This document shows positions 24,658 to 36,089 of a DNA stretch of 64,000 nt, one piece after another; position 1 is the stretch's first letter, and every line of letters starts with the position of its first letter. The stretch comes from Calditrichia bacterium (lineage in GTDB: Bacteria; Calditrichota; Calditrichia; JAJRVZ01). The stretch spans positions 1-64,000 of the forward strand of contig CAWCNS010000005.1 in assembly GCA_963796965.1 (NCBI GenBank), written 5' to 3'. The notes under the pieces are model-generated. The model made no database searches. It worked only from the letters and a program-made list of their open reading frames with translations, and was not told the DNA's origin. The translations under genes were made by a program, and so were the position numbers.

Positions 24658-25217
24658 CTAGGCCGATAAGCGATAATGATACCTTTCAGCACCCTCACTG
24701 AATTTTTGTGGTACTTTATTTAATCAGAGTGCGTTGTTAAGGGAATGTATGAGAGGGCGTTATGGAAATAGTTGTGAGATCCTTTAGTTCGTATGGACGC
24801 CCTCATTATCTACGTAGGGCGGCGATCACTTAGAGCGTAATACCGGGATCGTTACCCTCGTAAGGATCGAACCCTTACGCTAATAGTAAGCGATGCGTAA
24901 CCTGGGTAAGGGGTAAGGCGTTACGGGAATAACGAACACCTACAGTAGTTGGTAAGGATTGCTCGGTCATTCTCGTAAGGAACACGGACACGTTCAGGTA
25001 AGAACCTCATAGATTAAGGTGGTAATGAAAATGTTATTATCATTCATCCCCGATAAAAGGACAACTCAGTAATCCCCTGCCATACAGTTTTATGAATTTC
25101 CAATGCTTTCTTCAATGCCTCAATTCCGCGTGGGGTTATTCTATAGTAGATTTTACTTCTACCGTTTGAAACTTACTGTCTGGAGCGAGGTGGGCAAAGA
25201 ACCGGTGAGTATGTCTC
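24658..25217. repeat. Duplicated ~0.55-kb element, copy B: head motif + 23-bp array (24722-25045) + padR remnant
   Basis: Near-identical to 51885-52446; RTA(A/G/T) recurs at 24768, 24791, 24814, 24837, 24860, 24883, 24906, 24929, 24952, 24975, 24998. Confidence 0.9.
25044..25163 (-). pseudogene. PadR-family regulator 3' remnant (also present in copy C)
   Basis: GRSKIYYRITPRGIEALKKALEIHKTVWQGITELSFYRG*. Confidence 0.65.
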
Positions 25218-25408
25218 AGTGTAAAAACCATCCAACCATCTTGTTCATATTTCCGGTTTTTTGTACTGATTAATGCTGATTTTTGCGGTATGGGTACAGG
25301 AAGCCGCAATGCTTCAATTACGGCTGCATAACCAACCAGAAACCCGGGTTCAGGGGGGATTTTTCCGTGAAAAACGGTTATTATTTGTGAAAAATGGATG
25401 TTATTCAT
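25211..25408 (-). pseudogene. 5' fragment of a Fic-family gene truncated at the duplicated element
   Basis: FHGKIPPEPGFLVGYAAVIEALRLPVP...WMVFTLRH resembles N-termini of long Fic proteins (recognition from memory; no Fic motif left). Confidence 0.55.
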
Positions 25409-25984
25409 ATTCTTACGTGAAATATAGGTATCTTAAATGTTATGTTGCGACCAGATATTCTAATATACAAGAAAAATGGGTAGATGTCACGAAAAATAGG
25501 TATTTATTGTAGTATTGTAGGAAAAATAGGTTTTTGCTGTGGGGGAAGCGAATACTCATACCACTTAAACAAAGATTTGCTGTAGAAGGCATTTTTTGAA
25601 ATTTTAGTTTTGAATTATTGAATACTGTAAATCTTAAAAACCATAAAAGTGAATTGTTTTGTCGCTGACGAAAGTATCTCTTAATTCAAAACGAATTTTT
25701 TCCGGGGTTTTTGAAGATTCACAATTTTACCTGGAATTAATCGTAGATTTTTGTCTGGTTGCGATTAGAGGGTTACAAAAAGAATCGTATAATCCTATTT
25801 CCACTGAAATATGGCATGCTATTAATTCTCTCTGAAAACTGACCCACCCCCAAATAAATCTCAATCTTCAATAACAAATTTCCAAACAATTTGAGCAATG
25901 AAACTTGGTTTCATATCGGATATTGGTATTTGTTATTTGGATATTATTTGAAATTTGGTGTGTGTTATTTGGAATTTGTTTGAG

Positions 25985-26044
25985 GCCGGTTGAGGATGAG
26001 GCGATAGTCGAAGACGAAATCACGTGCAATGGGATCCCCGGTAT
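25985..26044 (+). pseudogene. Third, more degraded tRNA-Leu 3' fragment
   Basis: GCCGGTTGAG (T-arm-like)...ATCACGTGCAATGGGATCCCCGGTATA. Confidence 0.5.
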
Positions 26045-26061
26045 AAGTAAATTCTAATTGA

Positions 26062-27273
26062 CTACGGAGACAAAATCTCAAAATATTCGATTTTTGTACT
26101 TAAATCGCTTCGCTGAAAACCTTGCACCCTTAAAATGGCCCTGAAATTAAATGGACTTTGCAGTTCATTGTTATAGTTTTTTAGTAATTCCTCGGGAAAG
26201 TTGGGATTACAAATAGCTTTTGATCCATATATTACGCCACCTTCTTGAAATCCCGTTACTAACATGATTGTATTATTATTTGGTCCGTTGATTTTCGCTA
26301 TCAAACTGACATCATCATATTGTCTTGTCTCGTCATTTAGTGTGCTTGAGAACCGCTGTACTTCTTCGCCATGTTCATTATTTATATGCAGAAGGTTCGG
26401 ATAAATCGAAAATTCGACATTTATGTTTTTTAATAATGTTTTCATAAGATACATCTGTTTAAATGTTCCGATGAAAATGACATTATGAGAACTTATATCC
26501 TCCCAATCTATTTCCGATGCCTGTTTAACTAGAAAAGATGATTTACTAGATTTTAATATGGGTTGTAATTCCATAAACCCCCATACAGCACTAGGTCTTA
26601 AATAAGTATGTCGCAATGGTTTTAAGTTCTCAATTCCATTTGGCCCTTGCTTATTATATTCTTTAAAATCTTCGAGAGAATTTATCCTTGGATCTCTGAC
26701 ATTGAATCGGGGATTAGCGCCTTGTCTATCTAAATACATAAAGAAATAGTCACCAAGTATAACTAAAGTCGGCCTGTTATCTTCAAAATATTCAGCCCAG
26801 ATGGGATTGTCCTGAGAAACAACTTCCACCTTATTCATTAGCTGCTCATACTTAATCCACAGAAAGATAACAACAAATGAAAGAATAATTGTAATGATAG
26901 GAAAAATTAATTTTTTCAGGCTGTTTGTATTTGTATCGATATGATTTTTATTTATTGTGCAGAAACGAGCGGCATATTGTCCCTTGGGAATATCGATTTG
27001 TATTTTATCATCTTTTCCCTCAGTTAAATAATAATTCGCTAATCTTTTACGAATCTGGCTGATATACACCCGGATCGATGCATCTTCGAGAGGGTAGAAA
27101 TCTGGGCCTTTGCCGAAAAACTCGTCGGCAATAATCGTTTCGTTTATTTCTTTATCTTTAAGGGAAGCTTCAACAAGATATTTTAACAGACCCTTATTTT
27201 TTTGGGAATGACTGAATTCTTCGCTTGATAAAACTGTTGCTAAGATCTCAAGTTTTTCATGATTAGAAATCAT
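26062..27273 (-). CDS. Membrane-anchored one-component regulator-like protein (N-terminal wHTH-like domain, one TM, periplasmic domain)
   Basis: LLKYLV...IADEFFG...SIRVYISQIRKRLANYY...IDIPKGQY then TM helix; divergent from TonB receptor. Confidence 0.7.
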   Translation of the reverse strand: MISNHEKLEILATVLSSEEFSHSQKNKGLLKYLVEASLKDKEINETIIADEFFGKGPDFYPLEDASIRVYISQIRKRLANYYLTEGKDDKIQIDIPKGQYAARFCTINKNHIDTNTNSLKKLIFPIITIILSFVVIFLWIKYEQLMNKVEVVSQDNPIWAEYFEDNRPTLVILGDYFFMYLDRQGANPRFNVRDPRINSLEDFKEYNKQGPNGIENLKPLRHTYLRPSAVWGFMELQPILKSSKSSFLVKQASEIDWEDISSHNVIFIGTFKQMYLMKTLLKNINVEFSIYPNLLHINNEHGEEVQRFSSTLNDETRQYDDVSLIAKINGPNNNTIMLVTGFQEGGVIYGSKAICNPNFPEELLKNYNNELQSPFNFRAILRVQGFQRSDLSTKIEYFEILSP

Positions 27274-27385
27274 CTTTTACCGTTTACAAATAAAATAGAA
27301 AGAGTAAAATTTTAATTTATGCAAAGTACGAATCTGAATAATTCAATTCAAGCAAATGATTTGCACCGAAAGTATTTTGTGCTTA

Positions 27386-27411
27386 CATGTAAAAAACATG
27401 TAAAAAAATGT
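27386..27411. promoter_or_regulatory. 11-bp tandem repeat ACATGTAAAAA x2 plus partial copy, candidate operator
   Basis: In the divergent intergenic region between regulator and TonB receptor. Confidence 0.45.
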
Positions 27412-27642
27412 TTAAAACTATAATTAACTGGTGTTAGGAATAAAATAATGTTATAAATAGCAATATTCCCGACTATATATATAGGTTGATCTTACTAAAG
27501 TTAAGAGATATGGTTCCCACCAGAAAGATGCTGGTTTAATATATTCAACCAAAAATAAATGTGAAGGAACCATCACTGTGATTAATAGTATTAATGTGAG
27601 ACTAAGCAATCTGGTTAACTCTAGTTTAAGATAGGAGGAGAA

Positions 27643-30489
27643 GTGAAAACAAGAGGACATTTGATGATGAGAGTATTATATTTTTTTGCGGCAATTTTAC
27701 TCTACCTTATTTTTCCTGAGAATGTTTTAGCAGATATCTCTGGTAAAATCATGGATTCCACCACCACGAATATTCTACCAGGTGCAAATGTGTATATTGT
27801 GGGTACTTCTTTTGGAGCGGCTTCCGATCAAAACGGAGAGTTCCGGATAAGTAAAGTTCCACCAGGAAGTTATACGTTACGTGTGAGTTATATCGGTTAT
27901 CAAAGTAAAGATGTACCGTTTAGTTTAAAATTAGACGAAAATATCAATCTTGATATTCAGCTTAATATATCATTCATTTCCGGAGAAGTAATCACGGTCA
28001 CGGCCCAGCGTGAGGGCCAGGCAGCGGCAATCAACCAGCAATTGACGGCAGATGCTATTAAAAATGTTGTTTCTTCAGATCGAATCAGGGAAGTACCAGA
28101 CGCCAACGCTGCTGAATCCGTGGGCCGCTTGCCGGGAATTGCATTAGGTCGTAGCGGTGGTGAAGGTAACAAAGTGATTGTGCGCGGACTTTCCCCAAAA
28201 TACAGTAGAATTGCAATAAATGGCGTTTCAATTCCTGCGGCCGGAGCCTCTGATGACAGGTCTACGGACATCAGTATGATTTCTAATGAGAATTTAAGTG
28301 GCATCGAAGTTTTTAAAGCATTAACTGCGGACATGGAAGCGGATGCGATTGGTGGCGTTGTCAACCTGCAGCTGGCAAAAGCAAAGGAAACACCAATTCG
28401 CTATTTAAGGCTATATGGTATTTATAATGCTCAGGAAAATGATTTTGGTCAATACAAAGCAGTGGCCAGCTGGAGCCAAAGAATTCTGGATAATGCACTT
28501 GGGTTTCAGGCATCAATAAATTCTGAACTACGCAATAGAACCAGTGAATATTTAAATGCCCTCTATGAGCTCGGTTCGGAAAATGAAGACGGGACTAACA
28601 ACCTATTACTGACCGATGCTACAGCTGGTGAGAGGGAAGAATACCGTAATCGTTTTGGAGCCAACTTGATTTTGGATTACGATATTGGGACATGGAACTT
28701 GATGCTATCTAACTTCTATAATTGGTCGAATAGGGATTCTAAAATCAGATCTAACTCATTTGAGAAATTAAATTCAGTTCAGAGTTCGGCTATTAGTAAT
28801 CCAGAGCGAAATATAGATCTTCTATCAAATATACTGGAAGGTCGAGGATCAATAGGTCTAATTGAAATAGACGGGATTCTGTCTCATTCAAACACCAACT
28901 CGGAACTTCTACATAATTCGATTATGCGTTTTGAACAACCAAATGCAATAGTTGATCCAGATACAGATTATGAGTTAATTGATCCGGCACTATTCTTAAA
29001 AAATACCGTTCCAGACTCTGCGGGTTATTTGAACGACGTAGAATATAGCGAGGAAGATGCTAAGGTAAGGAGGTTTATGGCGGCCATCAACATAAATCTC
29101 CCATATAAGATTACTAATAATATTACAGGTGATTTAAAATTTGGTGGAAAATATCGACAGAATGATCGTGACAAATATTCAAATGTGGGGAAATGGGATA
29201 TTTACCTGGATGGTTTGAATATTCCTGTATCCAACTATTTCGACGATGATTATGATCCCGGTACAATTCTAGACGGACAATCCAGCCTTGGTTTGGTGCT
29301 TGATCCGACCTTGACTAATGACTTTTGGGATGAAAATAAAAGTAGCTACACGTTTAATGATTATGGACAGGATAGCTATGAAGCCAATGATCAAGTAACA
29401 GCTGCATATTTGATGACAAAACTAAAGTTCGGGCAGTCTGTAACGTTTATCCCCGGCATCCGCTATGAGCAATTTACTGGCGATTATGTAGGGTATCATA
29501 AATATGGTATCGGGCAATTCGCAGGTTTACGGGTTGAAAAGAAAGAGCAAATTGTATATAAGGATTGGCTACCCATGATCCACCTGAAGGTAAAACCAGT
29601 TGAGTGGTTTGATTTACGTCTGGCTGCAACTAAAACACTTGCCCGGGCCAGTTTTAACAGGTTGGTGCCAAGCCTATTTGTAAATACCGTCACTGATGGT
29701 CTCATCACCATGGGGAATCCCGATCTCCGGGAAACCATCTCCTGGAATTATGACATTTATGCATCAATATACCATCAGAAGATTGGTCTCTTTACGGTCG
29801 GATATTTCTACAAAGAATTGGATGGTGTTATAGCAAACGTTACACATTTCATTGAATCGGATGAAATGGCTAACAGTTTGGGTTTACCGACCAGTTTAGA
29901 TCCAGATTGGACATCATTCGCTGATAGAAGAGTCCGGCGGCCTGAAAACATTGATAAATCTACTGTAGAAGGATTCGAGATTGAGATTCAAACCAATCTT
30001 AGTTATTTGCCCTGGCCTTTTAAAGGGCTGGTGATCAATGCCAATTATACCCGGATCTTTAGTGAGACCAGTTATGGACTTTTCGAAACAAAAACAGAAA
30101 TAGATATAACGCAACGGCCTCCAAAAGTAGTAACAACCTACGAAACTAGTCTGCGGTCCGGAAGAGTACCCGGGCAAGCCGATTATCTGGCGAATATATC
30201 CGTTGGTTATGATATCATGGGTTTTTCTGCCCGGGTAACCTTTTCGTATCAAGGGGAAAGCCTGGCCAGTATTGGCACTCAAGAAGAACATGACCTATGG
30301 CGGGGTGAGTTCACACGATGGAGTTTTTCATTAAGACAAAGATTGGGAGAGAATATAAGTTTATTTTTTAATGGCGTTAATCTATCCAATCAGAACGATT
30401 TAACCTATCGTGCCCTCGACTATCCCCGGCCTTCGTCGCTCAATTATTATGGTGCCACCTATGATTTGGGGATAGGGTATGAATTTTAG
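27643..30489 (+). CDS. TonB-dependent receptor with N-terminal carboxypeptidase-regulatory-like domain
   Basis: PDANAAESVGRLPG plug, ADAIGGVVNL, GNPDL, C-terminal YEF. Confidence 0.93.
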   Translation: MKTRGHLMMRVLYFFAAILLYLIFPENVLADISGKIMDSTTTNILPGANVYIVGTSFGAASDQNGEFRISKVPPGSYTLRVSYIGYQSKDVPFSLKLDENINLDIQLNISFISGEVITVTAQREGQAAAINQQLTADAIKNVVSSDRIREVPDANAAESVGRLPGIALGRSGGEGNKVIVRGLSPKYSRIAINGVSIPAAGASDDRSTDISMISNENLSGIEVFKALTADMEADAIGGVVNLQLAKAKETPIRYLRLYGIYNAQENDFGQYKAVASWSQRILDNALGFQASINSELRNRTSEYLNALYELGSENEDGTNNLLLTDATAGEREEYRNRFGANLILDYDIGTWNLMLSNFYNWSNRDSKIRSNSFEKLNSVQSSAISNPERNIDLLSNILEGRGSIGLIEIDGILSHSNTNSELLHNSIMRFEQPNAIVDPDTDYELIDPALFLKNTVPDSAGYLNDVEYSEEDAKVRRFMAAININLPYKITNNITGDLKFGGKYRQNDRDKYSNVGKWDIYLDGLNIPVSNYFDDDYDPGTILDGQSSLGLVLDPTLTNDFWDENKSSYTFNDYGQDSYEANDQVTAAYLMTKLKFGQSVTFIPGIRYEQFTGDYVGYHKYGIGQFAGLRVEKKEQIVYKDWLPMIHLKVKPVEWFDLRLAATKTLARASFNRLVPSLFVNTVTDGLITMGNPDLRETISWNYDIYASIYHQKIGLFTVGYFYKELDGVIANVTHFIESDEMANSLGLPTSLDPDWTSFADRRVRRPENIDKSTVEGFEIEIQTNLSYLPWPFKGLVINANYTRIFSETSYGLFETKTEIDITQRPPKVVTTYETSLRSGRVPGQADYLANISVGYDIMGFSARVTFSYQGESLASIGTQEEHDLWRGEFTRWSFSLRQRLGENISLFFNGVNLSNQNDLTYRALDYPRPSSLNYYGATYDLGIGYEF

Positions 30490-30614
30490 TATGGTCGATA
30501 GTATTGATCCTATTGTTAAACTGTTCTGGTAAAATGATTTTAGAAAAAATTAAATACAAATCAAAGGAAGAGTAAAATCAAGTTTCAATTAATGGTTTGA
30601 AATTAATAAAACTT

Positions 30615-30723
30615 ATGAAAGGAGGCTAAATAACTCAAATGTCAATGAACAGTTAGAATTGATAATAATGCAAATGAAAGGAGGCTAAATAAGTCAAGTG
30701 TCAATGAACAGTTAGAATTGATA
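30615..30723 (+). repeat. Tandem direct repeat (~50 bp, 59-bp period), each copy carrying AAAGGAGG
   Basis: ATGAAAGGAGGCTAAATAA(C/G)TCAA(A/G)TGTCAATGAACAGTTAGAATTGATA at 30615 and 30674. Confidence 0.85.
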
Positions 30724-30748
30724 TAAAAACAATTCAAAGGAGAACAAA

Positions 30749-32383
30749 ATGTTCAAGAATACAAAATCATTAATTCTATTACTATTTGTACTGCTCTGCG
30801 TTAATAGCGTCTATGCGCAAAATATAATCCGTCCAGGTACTGGCATAAATGACATCACCACGGCAATTGAGGGAGCGAGTGCCGGTGATATCATTCTCCT
30901 CGCAAAAGGCGAATGGTATTTCACAGAGGAAATAATCGATGTAAATGTAAACCTAACCATTATGGCTGACGAAGAAACTTCAGGTGAAAAACCTGTAATC
31001 TCCGGGCTGATTAAAGAAGATGGGACAAGTGCCCAATCAATTATGGAGATCAGAGCCGACGTTGTTATTAAAAATATCTATTTTGCAGGCGGAACCTCAG
31101 GAAGAGCAGGTGGAAAAGATGTCGATCGGGCGATTACTTTTCTTGATACAGAAGGTATGCGGGCTGAATTTGATGGTGTGTGGTTCGATGATTTCGATAG
31201 ACGCACAGTACAGTTGGAAGCACAAGCTATGAAATTCTATGCAAGAAACTGCATCTGGACTGACGATGAAAAAATAGAGGGTCCTTCCGAAGGCCGATCA
31301 ATAGATCTGCGCCAATATGGGCCCGACACACTTGTTGTACAAAATTGTTCATTTGTAAATCTTGGCAATCGATGGATCAGGCACGTGACGTCTTCTGGCA
31401 AGCCCATTGGCTATGCTTTAATTGATCATAATACCTTTGTTAACGGCGTCAATTACCACCCTGCCTTTGATTTAGGGCAAATTGAACAACTCACATTTAC
31501 AAACAATATAGTAATGGATCCCGGTATCCTGGGCTCAGACTTTGTGATTCGACCCAGTCAAAATGAAGGCAAATTTGAAATAGGGCTTCCGGAAAATTAT
31601 TATTCCAGTGATAAATCCCTGGCGGCACATCGTACCAGAGAAGTCTATTATGATCGGGAAGATGGTATTGTTGTATTTGGTTGCCATGGCGTTGATACTG
31701 TTGGGACAGAAATTACAATGCATAACAACTTTGTTCATATGGATCAATCTATCATAGATAAACTTGCCACAAATGATACCCTGCATGTTCAAAGTTGGAT
31801 GTGTCAGCAATTTGAGCGCTCAATTGTTGGCGGTGCAGAAAATGCATTCACTATTAGTGATGTCGTTTTTACTGATGTACCGGAACCATCCTTCCTTGTT
31901 GTTGATTCATATATTGGTTATTGGGATCAAAACCCTTACACTCTTGCGAATCAAACAGCCCCTGATTCTATTGATTTGACTTACAGTACTTCAGATCCTG
32001 CATACACAGCAGCAGAAGGTGATTTTCCGTTGGGCGATTTAAACTGGTTTCCCGATAAAAAAGCCGAATGGGAAAACTGGTTGAGCCACGGGCATTGAAG
32101 ATGCGACCCTTCATTGCCGCAGGCTTTTGAGTTGCAGCAGAATTATCCTAATCCATTTAACCCGACTACAAACATCATGTTCAGCGTTCCAATTAAGGGC
32201 CACTACACATTAACGGTGTATAATCTCCTGGGACAGGAAATTATAACCTTGATTGATGGTCAATTAAATGCAGGCAGTCATGAAGTAACTTTTAAAGCCT
32301 CGAATTTAAATTCAGGTATTTATTTCTATACTCTGACTGGCAAGAATGTTAGTATTTCACGAAAAATGATGTTGCTAAAATAG
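30749..32383 (+). CDS. Secreted beta-helix-like protein with sorting tail, next to the TonB receptor; one frameshift
   Basis: Signal peptide, [23 protein letters not shown]. Confidence 0.8.
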
Positions 32384-32597
32384 GCTAAAATGATATTAAC
32401 TGTAATTAGGTAAATATAACCTGCCTGCAGTTAGAGATGGGAATCAAACAAGTCTGCTTTTCTTTTATTTTTAATTATCATAAAGCATTAATTTCCTCTC
32501 TACTGCAGGCATTTATATGATGTCAACCAGGAAAAATGAAAACACAATAAAATGATGAACCTAAAGATATTACAATTTCCATTTTAAATGAGGAAGC

Positions 32598-35500
32598 ATG
32601 GTTATCAGCGGCTACAAACAGTTAAAGATCAATGTCATAACGTATATCCTCGCCTGCCTGTTGGGTACAGCAGCAGCACAGCAACCACATCAACAAATAA
32701 CGCTGTTTAAAATAGATCGATCCCACCTCGATAGACCTCACACAACCGACCTTGTTTATTGTACCATACACACATCTCGATGATATCTGGCGCTGGTCAT
32801 ATCCGCAAACAATTCGTGATTTTCTTAAGAATACATTAGATGAGAATTTTGACGCCTTTGAAAAATATCCGCACTTTATCTTTAATTGGTCCGGTGCCAG
32901 CCGCTATGCCATGATGCGCGAGTACTATCCGGAAAAGTATGAAGAACTTAAAGCAATGGATTGCTGCAGGACGTTGGTTTCCGAGCGGCAGCTCATGGGT
33001 TGAAAATGATACGAATGTGCCTTCTACCGAGTCCATCATTCGTCAGATACTATATGGCCGTAAATATTTTCCAGAATGAATTTGGCAAAGAAAGTCTTGA
33101 ATATATGTTACCGGACTGTTTCGGCTTTCCTTATTCATTGCCTTCCGTTTTAAGTCACTGCGGTATCCGTGGTTTTTCAACTCAAAAACTGACCTGGGGA
33201 TCGGCCAACGGAATTCCCTTCAATGTCGGACGCTGGATCGGCCCGGACGGCAAATGGGTGATTGCGGCGCTCAATGCCGGTAACTATGCTCGCAGCTCAT
33301 AAGGATGTGTATACCACACATAAAGAAACTCTCAAACGCCTTGAAGAAAACCGGAAACGTTCCGGCCTGCCGATCGACTTTTTCTATATGGGGGGCGGCG
33401 ACAAAAATAATGCTGATCGCGGAGGAATGCCCCAAAAGGTTTCACTTGAAACACTTGAAAAATGCTATAGAAACAGAAGGTCCTGTCAAAGTGATCGCCG
33501 GCCCGGCGGATCTGATGTTTCGCGCCATCACAGATGAACAGGCAGAAAAATTTCCAGACCTGGAACAAAGATTTGCTACTGATCAAACACTCCACCGGTG
33601 TGCTGACCTCACAGTCCTATATAAAGAAATTGAACCGCGATGCTGAAATATTGGCGGATGCTGGTGAGCGTGCTGCCGTTGCTGCCCATCTGCTAACCGG
33701 TGCTGAATATCCATCGGTGAACACTTAACCATGCATGGGATTGATGCTTCGTAATCAGTTTCATGATACCCTGCCGGGAACAAGTATTCCCAAGGCTCAT
33801 GAATATGCATGGAACGATGGCATCATTGCACTAAATCGATTTGCCGGAGTGTATAAAGATGCAATTGGCAGTTTAGCTCAGACACTTAATACCGATGTGC
33901 CCGGAGTACCGGTAGTCGTTTTTAATCCACTTTCAATTCCACGTAAAGATAATGTAGAAGCATTTATTCCTGATGAACTAAATGAAGCAGAATCTATTGC
34001 TGTATTCAATGCAAAAGGTAAAGAAATGCCTTCGCAGGTCGTGGTAGGATATGACGGGAAAAGCAGAATATCTATTTCAGACAGATCTTCCTCCTGTCGG
34101 AGCAGCTGTTTATTCAATTCGACAGGCAAAAACAAATATTAAAGACTCTGAATTGGTTGTTCACAAAGATTATTTAGAAAACAACTATTTCAAAGTAGCA
34201 ATAGATGCCAATGGTGATATATCAAGTATATTCGACAAAAGAATTGGAAAAGAACTTCTCGAAAAGCCGATACAACTTGAATTCGGAGAAAACTTCCCGG
34301 ATATCAAGCCGGCATGGCGAATCTACTGGAAAGATATCAAAAAACCTGCGCGCAGTGTAGCTGCTAATCCTAGTTCAATTAAAATAGTTGAAGATGGCCC
34401 GATTCGTGTAGCTGTTGAAGTGGTTCGTGAGAACGAAGGATCAAAAATCATACAAAGAATAAGACTTTCAGCAGGAGCTGACGGAAGCCGTGTGGAGATG
34501 GCTAACTTGATTGATTGGAAAAGCCGAGGAGCTTTGCTCAAGGCTGCATTTCATTTAACAGCTCCAAGCACCCGAAGCAACTTATAACCTTGATTTGGGT
34601 ACCATCAAGCGCGGAAACCGTAACGAAAAGCAATATGAAGTGCCCCATCATGCATGGTTTGATTTAACAGATAATTCGGGTGAATATGGAGTTTCTGTAC
34701 TTACAGGAGCAAAATACGGAAGCGATAAAGTAGACGACAATACCATAAGACTTACACTTATTCATGGGCCAGATACAAAAGATAGTAAACAGGAAGTGCT
34801 TGACGATGGCAGTATGAGTGAACAGAGATGGCAAGACTGGGGGCGTCATCAGTTTACTTATGCAGTTACGGCACATAAAGGCGACTGGCGCGAGGGTAAA
34901 ACTCATTGGGAAGCCATGCGTTTTGAACAGCGTCCTGCAGCATTTGCTGTCCCGAAACATAAAGGTAAAGGAAGTTCATTCTCTTTGATTAACATCGACA
35001 ATGATCAAGTAAATATACAAGCTGTTAAAATGGCTGAAGACGGATCCGGTGTGGTAGTAAGACTGCAGGAATTACATGGTAAAGCCTGTACCGGTGCTAT
35101 ACTTTCGGCGATAAAACCAATTCTTGCAGCAGAAGAACTGGACGGAGCTGAACGCCCGCTGGATATTCAGCTTGCAACAAAAAAGGGTGAGCTGAGCATA
35201 GACTTTACGCCCTACGAATTAAAAACTATTCTGCTGAAGATAAAGGGAGCCAAAGCGATGCCTGCTGGCAACTCAACCGGTAGAGCTGGAATACGATACC
35301 GATATATTCAGCTATAACAGCAACCGTGAAGATGGATATCGTGAAGATGGATTTACTGTGCCCAGGCCCAGGTCTGAAGGCCATCGCGGCAGTCTTGACG
35401 GCAAAGGCGGAACATATCCGGCTGAAATGATTGGTGATAAGGTTCAATTGGGTAATGTTTCCTTTAACATCGGTTCCCGTGAGGAGCGTGAATACAATGC

Positions 35501-36022
35501 CGTTGCATGTCTCGGACAGAGTATTGACCTGCCAGAAGGGACATACCGTTCTACATATTCTGGCAGCAGCCGATGTGGATACGGATGTTACTTTTAAAGC
35601 AGGCGAAAAGGAGTTTCCGTTAACAATTGGCGGATGGTCAGGTTACATGGGATTATGGGATAACCGTGAATTCGAAGGATTTGTTGCTGAATTATCTTAT
35701 TCATTGCGCAATGACCTGAAAACAATTCATCCGGCATTTATCCGCGATCATCGTATTGCATGGTGCAGCTTCACACCGTCATCTGCCTGCAGGTGATGCA
35801 CTTTATGAATACGGTTATCTGTTTGCATATCGTTTAGAAATACCTGAAGGTGCAACAAGTATAACACTTCCAAATTCACGATTCGTTCGCATTGTTGCCA
35901 TGAGTGTTGGCGACGAAGGTCATGCCACTGCGTTGCAGTCACCTTTCGATGATCTGCATCGCGATGATGCCTTCACGAACATTCCGCTTCGAAAGACGCG
36001 CAATGGATCTCAATTCAAATAG
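32598..36022 (+). CDS. Glycoside hydrolase family 38 alpha-mannosidase; many frameshifts
   Basis: THLDDIWRW, LPDCFGF, QFHDTLPGTS, VFNPL, KYGSD across successive ORFs. Confidence 0.88.
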
Positions 36023-36089
36023 CAAGAAGCTTTACACTGAATCTCCTAAGTGTGAATCAATGCCTCCATCGTGAATTAAGGAATAATAT

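Noticed and set aside
24722..25045. CRISPR array
   Set aside because: Units total only 23 bp, conserved parts are 5-6 bp and degenerate, and no cas genes are in the window
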